This document shows, one piece after another, positions 52,110 to 63,008 of a DNA stretch of 64,000 nucleotides. Numbering within the stretch: position 1 is the first letter of the stretch; each line of letters starts with the position of its first letter. The translations under genes were made by a program, and so were the position numbers. Below the pieces are notes generated by a model. The model had not been told where the DNA came from. It did not search any database and saw nothing but the letters and a program-made list of their open reading frames with translations. Source of the DNA: Chiloscyllium plagiosum (taxonomy: Eukaryota); the NCBI RefSeq assembly GCF_004010195.1, contig NC_057734.1, forward strand, positions 26,824,999-26,888,998, in the 5' to 3' direction.

Positions 52110-53142
52110 AGACCATCAATAATACCCTTAATGGCATAAAATTCACTAAAGAGGAGGAAAACAACAACAAACTGCCATTCCTAGATGTCACAGTAGAGCG
52201 AACAGCCAATGGGGAATGTCAGCGTATACAGAAAAACAACACATGGACCAAATATTGATCTACAGAAGCAATCATCCAACAGCCACAAATGAAGCTGCAT
52301 CAGAACATTATTTCAACGAGCCAACGCAGACTGCAGCACAGAGGAACTACGCAGAGCAGAGGAAAATCACCTATGGCATGTATTCAAAAAGAATGAGTAC
52401 CTAGTGAACACAGACCTCCAAATTTCTCAGCAACAAACGCAAACAAGCAGACAAAACGCATCCAGAAACCCTAGCCACTCTCCTCTACATCAAAGACATC
52501 TCAGAAATGACTGCCAGACTACTCAGACCCCTTGACATAATGGTAGCCCACAAACCCACCAACGCACTAAAACAGCAGCTAATGAACTTGAAAGACCGTA
52601 TACAGACAATGAGCAAAACTAACATCATTTACAAAATACCGTGCAAGGACTGTAACAAGCACTACATTGGACAAATAGGCAGAAAACTAACCACCAGGAT
52701 ACATGAACACCAACTAGCCACAAAAAGACATGACCCTCTCTCACTAATATCATCACATATGGATGAGGAAGGACACCACTTTGACTGGGACAATACATCC
52801 ATCCTAGGACAAGCCAAACAAAGACACGCACGAGAATTTCTAGAAGCATGGCATTCCAACTGGAACTCCATCAACAAACAAATCAAGTTAGACCCCTTCT
52901 ACCATCCCCTGAGAAAAGGATGAGGAAGTGACTTCACCACAGGAAATAACATCACCACAGTAAATGACATCACCAACCCAGAGAATTCCAAACATATGTA
53001 GAGAAAGCAGGAATTTTCAGCATTGCTTTGCATCAGGTCTACTGAAGTAAAGTAATGAATGTCTGGAAATGAATTTTTCAGCTCAGCGAGCAAACATACA
53101 TCCAAAACCTCAACCTTATCTACAAATCTTCTCAAAACTTGC
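52110..53142 (+). mobile_element. Penelope-like element 3' part (RT end and GIY-YIG endonuclease)
   Basis: IKFTKEEENNNKLPFLDV; IYKIPCKDCNKHYIGQIGRKLTTRIHEH...FDWDNTSILGQA...REFLEAWHS. Confidence 0.9.
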
Positions 53143-53789
53143 TTACACTATTACTGTTTAAATTTAATAGCTGTAGAACGTGGACAGTATTTTCTTTATT
53201 TGATGGTGTTTTAAAACTGATTTGCAGTAATACAGTGGTAAATACTTTAATGAAGCTTTAGATTATGTTAACTGACTGTTCAGTAGTGTTACATTGTATG
53301 TGACATTTACAATTTCATTTTGTTGTAATTCTGCATCTCTTATTGCTTGTCAGGTTTTCCCATCTTATTTAATTACCTACATGTTGGCCACCTCTTCCAA
53401 GGTTGTCCCAGCTACTGCGCGTTGATAGTGTCGGCTTCTTCCTGGGCCAAATGGATATTTGGCCTCCTTTCACAGTCAAAAACATGAAGCGCTTATTTCT
53501 GTACAAACTGCAAAATAAATTTCTCTGGCTAGCAACTTTATAATTCAAAACAAAAGTAAAACTGAAAACTAAATAATTCTGAAGGTAACTGAACTTGAAA
53601 CATTAATTCTACTTTTCCATGAGTCATAATAAAATGACATAAATGACAACAATAATAAAAATTTTTTTTTTTCTTTAAATAGTGGAATTTAGGTAGTTTT
53701 TTGTCACTTATACTTTAATAGATTACAAGGCAAGGTGAGCTTTTCTGTGTGTTTTGTTTAATTCGCAGAATGGTTTACCGCCATATCAT

Positions 53790-54600
53790 AACAATGTTGT
53801 GGAGTGAATCAAATTGATCCACTGAGTGTGCAATTTCTTAGTCTTGCCTATCAGCCGTTACTTATGCTGTGTGGTATGCAAGTAGTCCTGTGTGGTAGCT
53901 TCACCAGGTTGACACTGGCATGTCCTCCTGCATTCTTCATTGAACCAGGGTTGAACTGCAGGCTTGATGGTAATGGTAAAGTTGGGACATGTCATGCCAT
54001 GAGGTTACAGGTTGTTTTTGAATACAATTTGTTGCCGCTGATGGCCCATGGTGCCTCATGGTGCCAATGTTAAGTTGCTAAATCCATTAAAAAGTCTATC
54101 TTATGTCACCTGGTGACAGTGCCGCACAATACGAGGAGGATATTCTTCATATGAAGACAAGACTTTGTTTTTACAAGTACTGTGCAGTAGTCACTCTTAC
54201 CAATACTGTCACGGACAGCTGCATTTCCACCCGGCAGATTGGTAAGGATGAGGTCAAGTATGTTTTTCCCTGTTGTTGGTTGTCTCACCAACAGCTACAC
54301 ACCCAGTCTAGCAGCTGTGTCATTTGGGACTCAAAACAGCTCAATCAGTCATGCTACTGCCAAGGTATGCTCAGTGATGGACATTGAAGTCCCCCTATCC
54401 AGAGTATCTTGTGCATCCCTCAGTCCTTCCTCAAGTGGTGTTCAACATGGAGGAGGACTGACTCATCAGCCTGGGGTGGGTGGGTTTTAGTAGGTGCAAA
54501 TTAACAGGAAATTTCCTTGTCAAAGATTGGCCTGATGCCAGTAGACTTCATAGGGCCCTGGCCTATGTTTTTGAGAAGTACTGGGGCAACTTCTTCCCAA
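53790..54600 (-). mobile_element. Degenerate CR1/L2-clade LINE endonuclease region
   Basis: VRQPTTGKNILDLILTNLP...IGKSDYC; same family as 59140-60500. Confidence 0.7.
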
Positions 54601-54604
54601 CAGT

Positions 54605-55670
54605 GATGATTTGGAGATGCCAGTATTGGACTGGGGTGTACAGAGTTAAAAATCACACAACACTAAGTTATAGTCCAACAGGTTTAATTGGAAGCACACT
54701 AGCTTTCGGAACGTCGCTCCTTCATCAGATGATAGTGAAGGGCTCAACCCTAACACAGAATTTATAGCAAAAATTTACAGTGTGATGTAACTGAAATTAT
54801 ACATTGAAAAATTGATTAAGTCTTACATCTGTTTGAATACCATGATAGTTTCACTTCTTTCATGTGTAAATCACAAAACATTTTTTTTTAAAGTTGCAGT
54901 CTCAGGTTAGCTGTTAACAATGGCTGATAGCTAGACAATATGTTGAAGGTGTTAGCCCCCTGTGTTCTCTGTCTATGCCATAATGTTTAGATTGATTCTA
55001 ATCTAAAAAGTGAGATAACAGAGTTTTACATGAATGCATGCATTTTTTGAGCAAAGTACAATGTAACCCTGCAAGTACAAATTCACCCCACAAAATGTGT
55101 GTGTGCATGTGGGTCTTTGTCTGTCTATGTGTCTGTCTGTCCGGGTTGGGGGTTGTGAGTGTGAGGAAGTATATGTGTGTAGTGAGTGTAGAGTGTCTTA
55201 AGTCTTGTGAGGGGGTGAATGTGGGAGTGTGTGTCTGTAAGGGTGTGTGTGGGTCTCTATGTGCGCGTCTGTGTATATGTGTGTCCGTGTGTGTAGGAGT
55301 GTCTGTGTCTGTGTGTATAGTGCAATGGCGGTCACCTGTAATGTGACATGAACCCAAGGTCCCGGTTGAGGCCCTCCCTATGGGTACCGAACTTAGCTAT
55401 CAGCCTCTGCTCAACCACTTTTCGCTGCTGCCTGTCCCGAAGTCCGCCTTGGAGGATGGTCACCTGAAGGTCCGAGGTCAAATGTCCTGGAGGAGGGAAC
55501 CCTCCTGTCTGTTGATTGTTGTGCAGTGCCTATTCATCCGTTGTTGTAGCCTTTGCTCGGTTTCCCCAATGTACCATGCCTCAGGGCATCCTTGCCTGCA
55601 ACATATAAGATAGACAATGTTGGCTGAGTCACATGAGTACCTGCCATGTCCAAGGTGAGAGGTGTGTAGG
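54605..55670 (-). mobile_element. Penelope-like element (third family) 3' part with (TG)-rich tract and hammerhead core at 54700-54728
   Basis: Minus strand CTGATGA-A-GGAGC-GAC-GTTCC-GAAAGCTA; degenerate GIY-YIG-type coding sequence at ~55330-55650 on the minus strand. Confidence 0.7.
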
Positions 55671-56557
55671 TGATGGTGTTATCTGTGTTTGTTGCTACCT
55701 GAGCTACAAAGATTTGTTTTTCATAAATATCAATGATTGATAGAGATAAATTAGATTTCTTCAGGACCACATTCAACCACACCCCTCACGCCTCACCAAT
55801 AAATTCCCACAGAACAGCTCACACCATGGTCTGCTTCAAGCTCCGGGTAAACCTTGGATTCTGTGCCATCAATGCAGCTGGCACCCCTTCACAGCAATGG
55901 CTCAATCCTTCAATCTTCTCGGCAGTGCCAAACCCACTGTTGATTGGCCAGTCAATTCACAGTAAATGTCTAAATAAAAACAAATTACTGATGCTGGAAG
56001 TCTGAAACAATCACTGGTGAAACTCAGCAAGTTTGGCCGCGTCTGTGGAGAGAATAAAGTGTACGACTCATTTGAATTGAATCGCTTTAGCTCACCAGCA
56101 CAATCCGATAAATAATATCGTGCACTTACAAACGATTACCCCCCGCCCCCCAAGCAGCATGCTGCTGTCCTTAGCCATCCATGCGCTACACCAGAGTTAA
56201 GAAACAACGCCATTATCGCTCTTTCCTCCAATTTGTCTTCAATCTTTTTATTAATTACAAGAATCTAGCTCTTTGTGGAGTTAAACACTTTATCACTGAA
56301 AATCCCTAGTCAATGTTGCAGAGTAAAATGTTGCAAGCTTTAAGCACGTGGAAAACGTGATGGAAAAACATAGTTTTTTAATATCCTATAGAAACAGATT
56401 AATTGATTTTACAATATAGAAAAATCCAGGAAATTTCAACATTTTGCAACAATGTATTGACGACAATTTAAAGACAGGCACATTATTAACTACTGGGTCA
56501 TGCAAACGAAGTCGACACAGTTTGGGATGGCTCACAGTTATGACAGACCGCTGTCCT

Positions 56558-57550
56558 TTATGATTGATGACCACCATCTATTTCTCCTGGGGATTCTCTC
56601 GCACTATCAGTTTCTGATTTGGAACAGTTTAGATTCGGAGAAGTAACTGCTTTCATTAAAGCATTTTTGAATGTCGAACTTGAAAAGTAGTAAATAACTG
56701 GATCCAGGACACTGTTCAGATTTGTCATAAATAGTGTATTATAAAAGACATGAACAGCTGTCTCATATGATTTACAGCCTTTAGCGCCTCTTAGTTTCGT
56801 GATTAACACAGCAATAACAGCAATGTTTGTGGGTAAGAAACAAAGCACAAACACTGCAGCCACAGCGATCACAAGCTTCATCGCTCTTTTGTATTTACTT
56901 CTCAACTCAACTTTTATCTGGTTTAACTTCCAGATGATGCAGGACGTGGAGAAGAGGATAATCGGAGCCGGGATAGCAAACTTGAAAAGAATAAAAACAG
57001 TATCGGTCCAAATTGCTGTGGGACGGAGAGGATTCGACATGTCAAAGGGTTCACAGTATGTCCGGTTGTCGTGTTTGAAAGACCGATGTTCTGCTAAAAG
57101 ATGTGAACACATTGCCACGGCCAGAATCCACAAGCTGCCGGCTACCTTCACTGCACACCTTGTAGACATCGTATTCACCCTGTGGTGAGGGTGGACCACT
57201 TTAAAATACCGATCGATCGCCATCGCTGTGAGGAACATGATGCTTCCCGCTCGATTTAAGGAAATAAAAAGTACCTTCAGACGACAAGGAACATCTCCAT
57301 AAATCCAGTTCTTCCCCCGGATATAGTAATCTGCTCGAAATGGTAAACAGCAGATTAACATAGTGTCTGCAATTGCCAGGTTCAGTGAATAAACTGTGTT
57401 TGGTTTCCAAGATTTCATATGAAAACTGAAGATCCATAAAGCAACGCCATTTCCAATAAATCCCAGGATAAAGGTAACAATTATTATTGGTGCATTGTAG
57501 GATGAATTGACTTCTTTAACTAAAGCACACAACGAAGTCAAATTGCCCAT
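56558..57550 (-). CDS. HCAR/OXER1-family GPCR copy D (330 aa, shortened C-tail)
   Basis: ATG at 57550 (MGNLTSLCALVKEVNSSYN...) aligns with the MDN starts of copies A and C; full 7TM frame; the ORF-track extension to 57619 derives largely from an inserted repeat. Confidence 0.88.
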   Translation of the reverse strand: MGNLTSLCALVKEVNSSYNAPIIIVTFILGFIGNGVALWIFSFHMKSWKPNTVYSLNLAIADTMLICCLPFRADYYIRGKNWIYGDVPCRLKVLFISLNRAGSIMFLTAMAIDRYFKVVHPHHRVNTMSTRCAVKVAGSLWILAVAMCSHLLAEHRSFKHDNRTYCEPFDMSNPLRPTAIWTDTVFILFKFAIPAPIILFSTSCIIWKLNQIKVELRSKYKRAMKLVIAVAAVFVLCFLPTNIAVIAVLITKLRGAKGCKSYETAVHVFYNTLFMTNLNSVLDPVIYYFSSSTFKNALMKAVTSPNLNCSKSETDSARESPGEIDGGHQS

Positions 57551-57571
57551 TGTAAGTAGGATTGTGATAAA

Positions 57572-58309
57572 GCTTAAAAATGTGTTGCTGGAAAAGCGCA
57601 GCAGGTCAGGCAGCATCAAAGGAGAAGGAGGATTGACGTTTCGGGCATAAGCCCTTCTTCAGGAATGAGGAGGGTGTGCCAAGCAGGCTAAGTTAAAAGG
57701 TAGGGAGGAGGGACTTGGGGCAGGGGTGTTGGGAATGTGACTGGTGGAAGGAGGTTAAGGCAAGGGTGATAGGTCGGAGAGGGGGTGGGGCGGAGAGGTT
57801 GGGAAGAAGATTGCAGCTCAAGAAGGTGGTGCCGAGTCTGAGGGCTGGGACTGAGAAAAGGTGGGGGGAGGGGAAATGAGGAAGTTGGAGAAATCCACAT
57901 TCATCCCCTGTAGCTGGAGGGTTCCTAGGCGGAAGATGAGTCGCTCTTCCTCCAGGCGTCGTGTTGCCATGGTCTAACGATGGAGGAGACCTAGGAACTG
58001 CATGTCCTTGGCGGAGTGGGCGGGGGAGTTAAAGTGTTCAGCCATGGGGTGCTTGGGTTGGTTGGTGCGGGTGTCCCAGAGGTGTTCTCTGAAACGTTCC
58101 GCAAGTAGGCGGCCTGTCTCCCTCCCCCAAATCCCTCCTCCCTACCTTTTATCTTAGGCTGCTTGGCACACCCTCCTCATTCCTGAAGAAGGGCGTATGC
58201 CTGAAACGTCGATTCTCTTTCTCCTTTGAAGCTGCCTGACCTGCTGCGCTTTTCCAGCAACACATTTTTAAGCTCTGATCCCCAGCATCTGCAGTCCTCA
58301 CTTTCTCCC
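57572..58309. mobile_element. Penelope-derived insertion with ~150-bp inverted termini, each carrying a hammerhead core (57635-57662 minus; 58183-58210 plus)
   Basis: Perfect 14-bp TSD AGGATTGTGATAAA at 57558-57571 and 58310-58323; GPCR upstream homology resumes at 58324. Confidence 0.92.
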
Positions 58310-58449
58310 AGGATTGTGATAAACTCAGCCACACAGTCACAGACATGAGTTAATGAACTGAAAGAGCCACCCTTTACATACAGAACTTCCCCATTTAATA
58401 TTACAGATTGGGGCGGCGCTCTACTGAAGTTACAGTCATAGACTTGTAC

Positions 58450-59140
58450 AGAACTGAAACAGACCGTTCTGCCGAATTCTTCCATGCCTATCAGATATCT
58501 TAAATTAATCTATCTGATCAAGGTCCCATTGTACTCTGAAATAACTTTCTTCACCATTCACACCACCAATTTTTGTGTCATCTACAGATTTACTAAACAT
58601 AACTCCTATGTTCACATCCAAATCATTTATATAAATGATGAAAAGCAGTGAACCCAGCACCTATCATTGGGGCACACCGCTGGTCACAGGTCTCCAGTCT
58701 GAAAACAACCCTCCACTATCACTCTCTGTCTCTTACATTCAAATCAATTTTTTATCAAATATGTGAGCTCACCAGGGGGATTCCATGAGATCTAAACTTG
58801 CTAATCAGTCCACCATGGGCACCTTGTCGAACCCCTTGCTGAAGACCACGTACACCACATCCACTGCTCTGCCTCCATCAAGTTTCTTTGTCATCAGCCA
58901 CCCTCCAGTCTTCCAGAACCTTATCCGTGGCTACTGATGATACAAATATCTCAGTTACGGGCCCAGCAATCACTTCCCGGTACTTTGATCAGACCCCGTG
59001 GATTTATTCACCTTCACATATTTTAAGACATCCAACATTTCCTTCTCTGTCACATGGACACTTTTCAAGATATCACTATTTATTTCTCTAAGGATTCCAG
59101 CATCTATATCCTTCTCCACAGTAAATACTAACGTGAAATA
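58450..59140 (-). mobile_element. Degenerate CR1 LINE fragments
   Basis: RT-region remnants on the minus strand (e.g. gtggtgtacgtggtcttcagcaaggggttcgacaaggtgccccatgg, a degenerate Y.DF.KAFDKVPH motif). Confidence 0.65.
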
Positions 59141-60495
59141 GGCATGAATCCCGTTAGACCACCAGCCACGAATCTAGGCACTGGTAAAGACAGCAGCAGG
59201 AACAGTCCTGTTAAGTCTACAAAGTCCTCTTTACTAACATCTGGGAGCTAGTGCCAAAATTGGGACGGCTGTCTCATAGACTTGTCATGCTACATCCTGA
59301 AATGGTCAACTCACAGAATCATACTGAGAGACAATATCCCAAACACCACCAGCATTATCCCTGGATATGTCCTGCCTCACTGGCAGGACAGACCCAGCAG
59401 AGATAGAGACACAAAGGGATACAGTTGGGAGAGAGTTGCCCTGGGAGTTGCCCATGGGATTAAGTCTGGACCCCATGAAGTCTCAGGGCGTCAGGTCAAA
59501 CATGAGCAAAGAAACCTCCTGCTGATCACCACACACTGTCCTCCCTCGGCTGATGAATCAGTACTCCTCCACTTTGAACTTCACTGAGAAGAAGCACTAA
59601 GGTTGGCAATGGCATGAAATAAACTCTGACTGGGAGATTTCAATGTTCACCACCAACAGTATCTTGGCAGCAGTACTACTGCTACTGATCGACTGTACCA
59701 GTGATCGAGCTCATTGGGTCCTAAAGGACATAGCTGCTAGACTGCTGTGTGGTAGGTGGTGAGGGAATCAACAAGATGGAACAACATACTTGACCTCATC
59801 CTTACCAATCTGCCAGCTGCAGATGCACCTGTCTATGGCAGTGTCAGTAAGAGTGACCACTGCACACTCCTTGTGGAGACCAGGTCCTACCTTCACAATG
59901 AGAATAACCTCCATCCTGTTGTGTGGCACCATCACCATTATAAACGGGACAGATTTCGAACAGATCCAGCAACTCAAGCGTGGTCATCCATGAGGCACTG
60001 GGGACCATCAATAGAAGCAGAAATGCACTCCACAAAATCTGCAACCTCATGGCCCAGCATATTCCCCACTCAACCATTACCATGAAGCCAGGGATCTATC
60101 TGGGCGTCCAGGGCGGAGTAGCCTGCCTGATTGGTGCTATATGCACAAGTATAGATTCCCACCAATGCTCAGTAGCAGCAGTGTGTACCATCTACAAAAC
60201 GAATTGCAGAAATTCACCAAAGATCCTTAGACAGTACTTTCCAAACCACTTTCATCTAGAAGGACATAAGCAGCAGAAAAGTCCACCTACAAGTTCCCTT
60301 CAATCCACTCACCATCCTGACTTGAAAATATATCACAGTTCATTCATTGTTGCTGGGTCAAAATCCTGGAATTCACTCCTTAATGGCAAGTAGAATGCAA
60401 CTGTTCAAGATGCGGCTCACCACCATTTTCTCAAGGGCAACCAGGGATGGGAAATAAATGCTGGCCAGTCAGTGATGCCCATATTCCACAAATGA
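59140..60495 (+). mobile_element. CR1/L2-clade LINE, internally deleted
   Basis: IIPGYVLPHWQDRPSR, LLLITTHCPPS, VRESTRWNNILDLILTN...SKSDHC, GSKSWNSL and 3' UTR caccattttctcaagggcaaccagggatgggaaataaatgctggcc. Confidence 0.75.
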
Positions 60496-60499
60496 ATAA

Positions 60500-61030
60500 G
60501 CACTTCTACCCCAAAACACATGCCAATAATCCAAAAACATGAATCCCTGCCTCCTGCACCAGCTCTTCAGCCACGCATTCATCCGCTCAATACTTCTAAC
60601 CCTACTCTCACCAAAGCATGGCTCCAGTAGTAATCCAGATACTATTATCCTCAAGGACCTACTTTTTAACCTCGAGACTAATTTCCTACATTCTCTCTTC
60701 AGAAACTTGTCCCTTTCTCTATCTATGTGGTTGGGAACAACATATACAGTAACCTCCTTCTGGTCACTCTCTCCTTGAGAATATTTTGCACCCTCTCTGA
60801 GACGTCGTACACCATGACACCATTGGAGATAACATGCCATTTTGATGTCTCACTGTCGGCAGCAGAAACATCTATCTGTATCTCTGACTTGAGAGTCTCC
60901 CATCAGCATCGATCCCTTGGAAGTTGACATACCCCTCATGAAAGCAGAATCAGTCTTGGTACCAGTAACTTGGCTGTCAGTGATATGTTCCCCTGAGAGT
61001 CCATCACCCCCTACACTTTCCAATACTGAT
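60500..61030 (-). mobile_element. CR1 ORF1 (SGNH esterase) remnant
   Basis: LMGDSQVRDTDRCFC and RIIVSGLL...MNAWLKSWCRRQGFMFLDYW. Confidence 0.8.
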
Positions 61031-61379
61031 ATTGTATATATTCTCCCTTTTTGCATAGAGAGGTTCTGTACTTTTAATTCAAACTGCATTGGAGGAAGAT
61101 CACTCACAATTCATGTTTGCTGTCAAGATTCATTTCCTGAATATTGGAAAATTAAAACTTGCTCACAGCGGATGAACATTGGATAGCAACTGTGTCAAGA
61201 CATCCAGTGATCATGTAAGGTGCTGTACAACTATGAGTTTGTTGTGAGTTGAATCTGACCTGGGAAAAAAGAATGTCAGGAATACATCCACCACACACAT
61301 TGGTCAGTGAAGTAAGCAGCTCAGGAATAGGATCTCTCTTGTATGTGAGTTCTGCTTAAAGGTAGACTTTAAATGGGTG

Positions 61380-61862
61380 CAGGGTCCAGAGTGTGGTGCT
61401 AGAAAAGCACAGCAGGTGAGGCAGCATCCGAGGGGCAGGAGAGTCGACGTTTCGGCAAACATCAAATGTTTCGGGAGACATCAATGGGAGAGGGTAGAGC
61501 TGGGGACAAGGTAGCTGAGAGAGCTATAGGTGGATGGATGTGGAGGTAATTGTGATAGGTCAGAGGGTAGGATGGTGCAGATCAGTGGGAAGGAAGGTGG
61601 ACAGGTAGTTCAGGTCATGAGGGCACCACCCTCTCCTCCCTGACCTATCACCTTCATCTCCTCCCCCACTCACCCATTGTATTCTATGCTACTCTCTCCC
61701 CACCCCACCCTCCTCTAGCTCTCTGCCTTTATTCCTGATGAAGGGCTGTTGCCCGAAACGTCGATTTTGCTGCTCATTGGATGCTGCCTGAATTGCTGTG
61801 CTCTTCCAGCACCACTGATCCAGAATCTGGTTTCCAGCATCTGCAGTTATTGTTTTTACCTG
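61380..61862. mobile_element. Inverted Penelope terminal fragments with intact hammerhead core (61735-61762, +)
   Basis: CTGATGA-A-GGGC-TGTT-GCCC-GAAACGTC; 61385-61455 is an inverted partial copy of the same terminal repeat. Confidence 0.75.
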
Positions 61863-63008
61863 GTATCAAATAGCACTACTAATCAGTGGTTGTAACACTT
61901 TCTGTATCTTATGTCTTACGCTCAACTGCTGCAAAGGAAAACTCTTCCATCTCCCCAGACAATTGGGTGGACACATTGGAGGGACCACCTTCTATGACCG
62001 CCTCGGGGAGCAGGAAGATCCAAAACAGCACACTGTGTGTTCCAGACAACTCCATACATGGGTGAGGGGGAAATATTTCAGGCCCTGGTAATCAGAGGAT
62101 TGCTGGAGACTAGGCACCTGCTAAACTCCCAGCTAGAGCTGACACTGTGTATCAGCTTCATGCAGGTGCACAGGGAGAGGCAGCAGTGTCGGGAGGGCAT
62201 ACAGGAAGTATTGGGTCTCAGTGGGGAAGCTTCATATCATTGTTCAGAAGCTCCACCAATGCAAAACAGACAGTCCTTTGATGACACTGGCCCTCACTTA
62301 GTTGACTTTTTAAAAACTCAGTCCATGTCAGTTGCAAGCAGCAGAATGATGATTGTGTAGGTTTCAAGGCTCAGTGTAGACCTCAGCTGCTACTTATACT
62401 CTTTGTCACTTTGCACTGCTCCCAAATATGTCCAGTGTATTCTGCATGACAGATAAGAGTATGCCTTGTGTCTCAGCTGCTACTCCACTCCACATTGCTT
62501 CGACACAGTGCTGTGTCTGAGCCCAAGGTAAGTGTAGGCCTTGACCTTCAAGGCCAAAGCCAGCTAAGTATTGTTTAATTGATTCCCAGATAACTGAAAA
62601 GCTTGGAACTGAGAAAAAGGTTACAGAGAGAGTGGGACAAGTGTTCAGTTCCTCCCTGATTGAGGAGTGGTGTCTCTGTTCTCTGCAGTCAAATCTCACT
62701 GTAACAACCATTTTATCTTTCCTGCATTAAGGACCAGGCCAGACCCCTCCAAACATTTCAAGAAAGTAGCCCAGACCCTAACTTTGCCAGTAGTTTTAAG
62801 CAGGTGTAACGCAGATATTTCAGGAGGGATACAGGTGGTCAAACCACTTAATTTTAAACACAACAGAATTTATTTACAATATTACCTAATGAAACACAAA
62901 CGAAAGAGAATAGAAGACAGAATAACTTAACCTATTTGAAAACCCAACGGATTATATCAATTTAATGATGCTGTTCCCAATATTTGCAACAATCCCCATA
63001 AACACCCC

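Noticed and set aside
54998-55357. Thr/His-rich and Cys/Val-rich ORFs
   Set aside because: Translations of a degenerate (TG)n tract inside a Penelope 3' region.
36503-57188. Recurrent antisense ORFs MINTAITAMFVGKKQ... (36503, 37466, 40331, 56799)
   Set aside because: Shadow frames of the near-identical GPCR coding tracts; no independent evidence of coding.
57551-57619. ORF-track N-terminal extension MMLPDLLRFSSNTFL of GPCR copy D
   Set aside because: Mostly encoded by the inserted Penelope terminal repeat (the same MLPDLLRF peptide appears at 37712 and 8883); the ancestral start is 57550.
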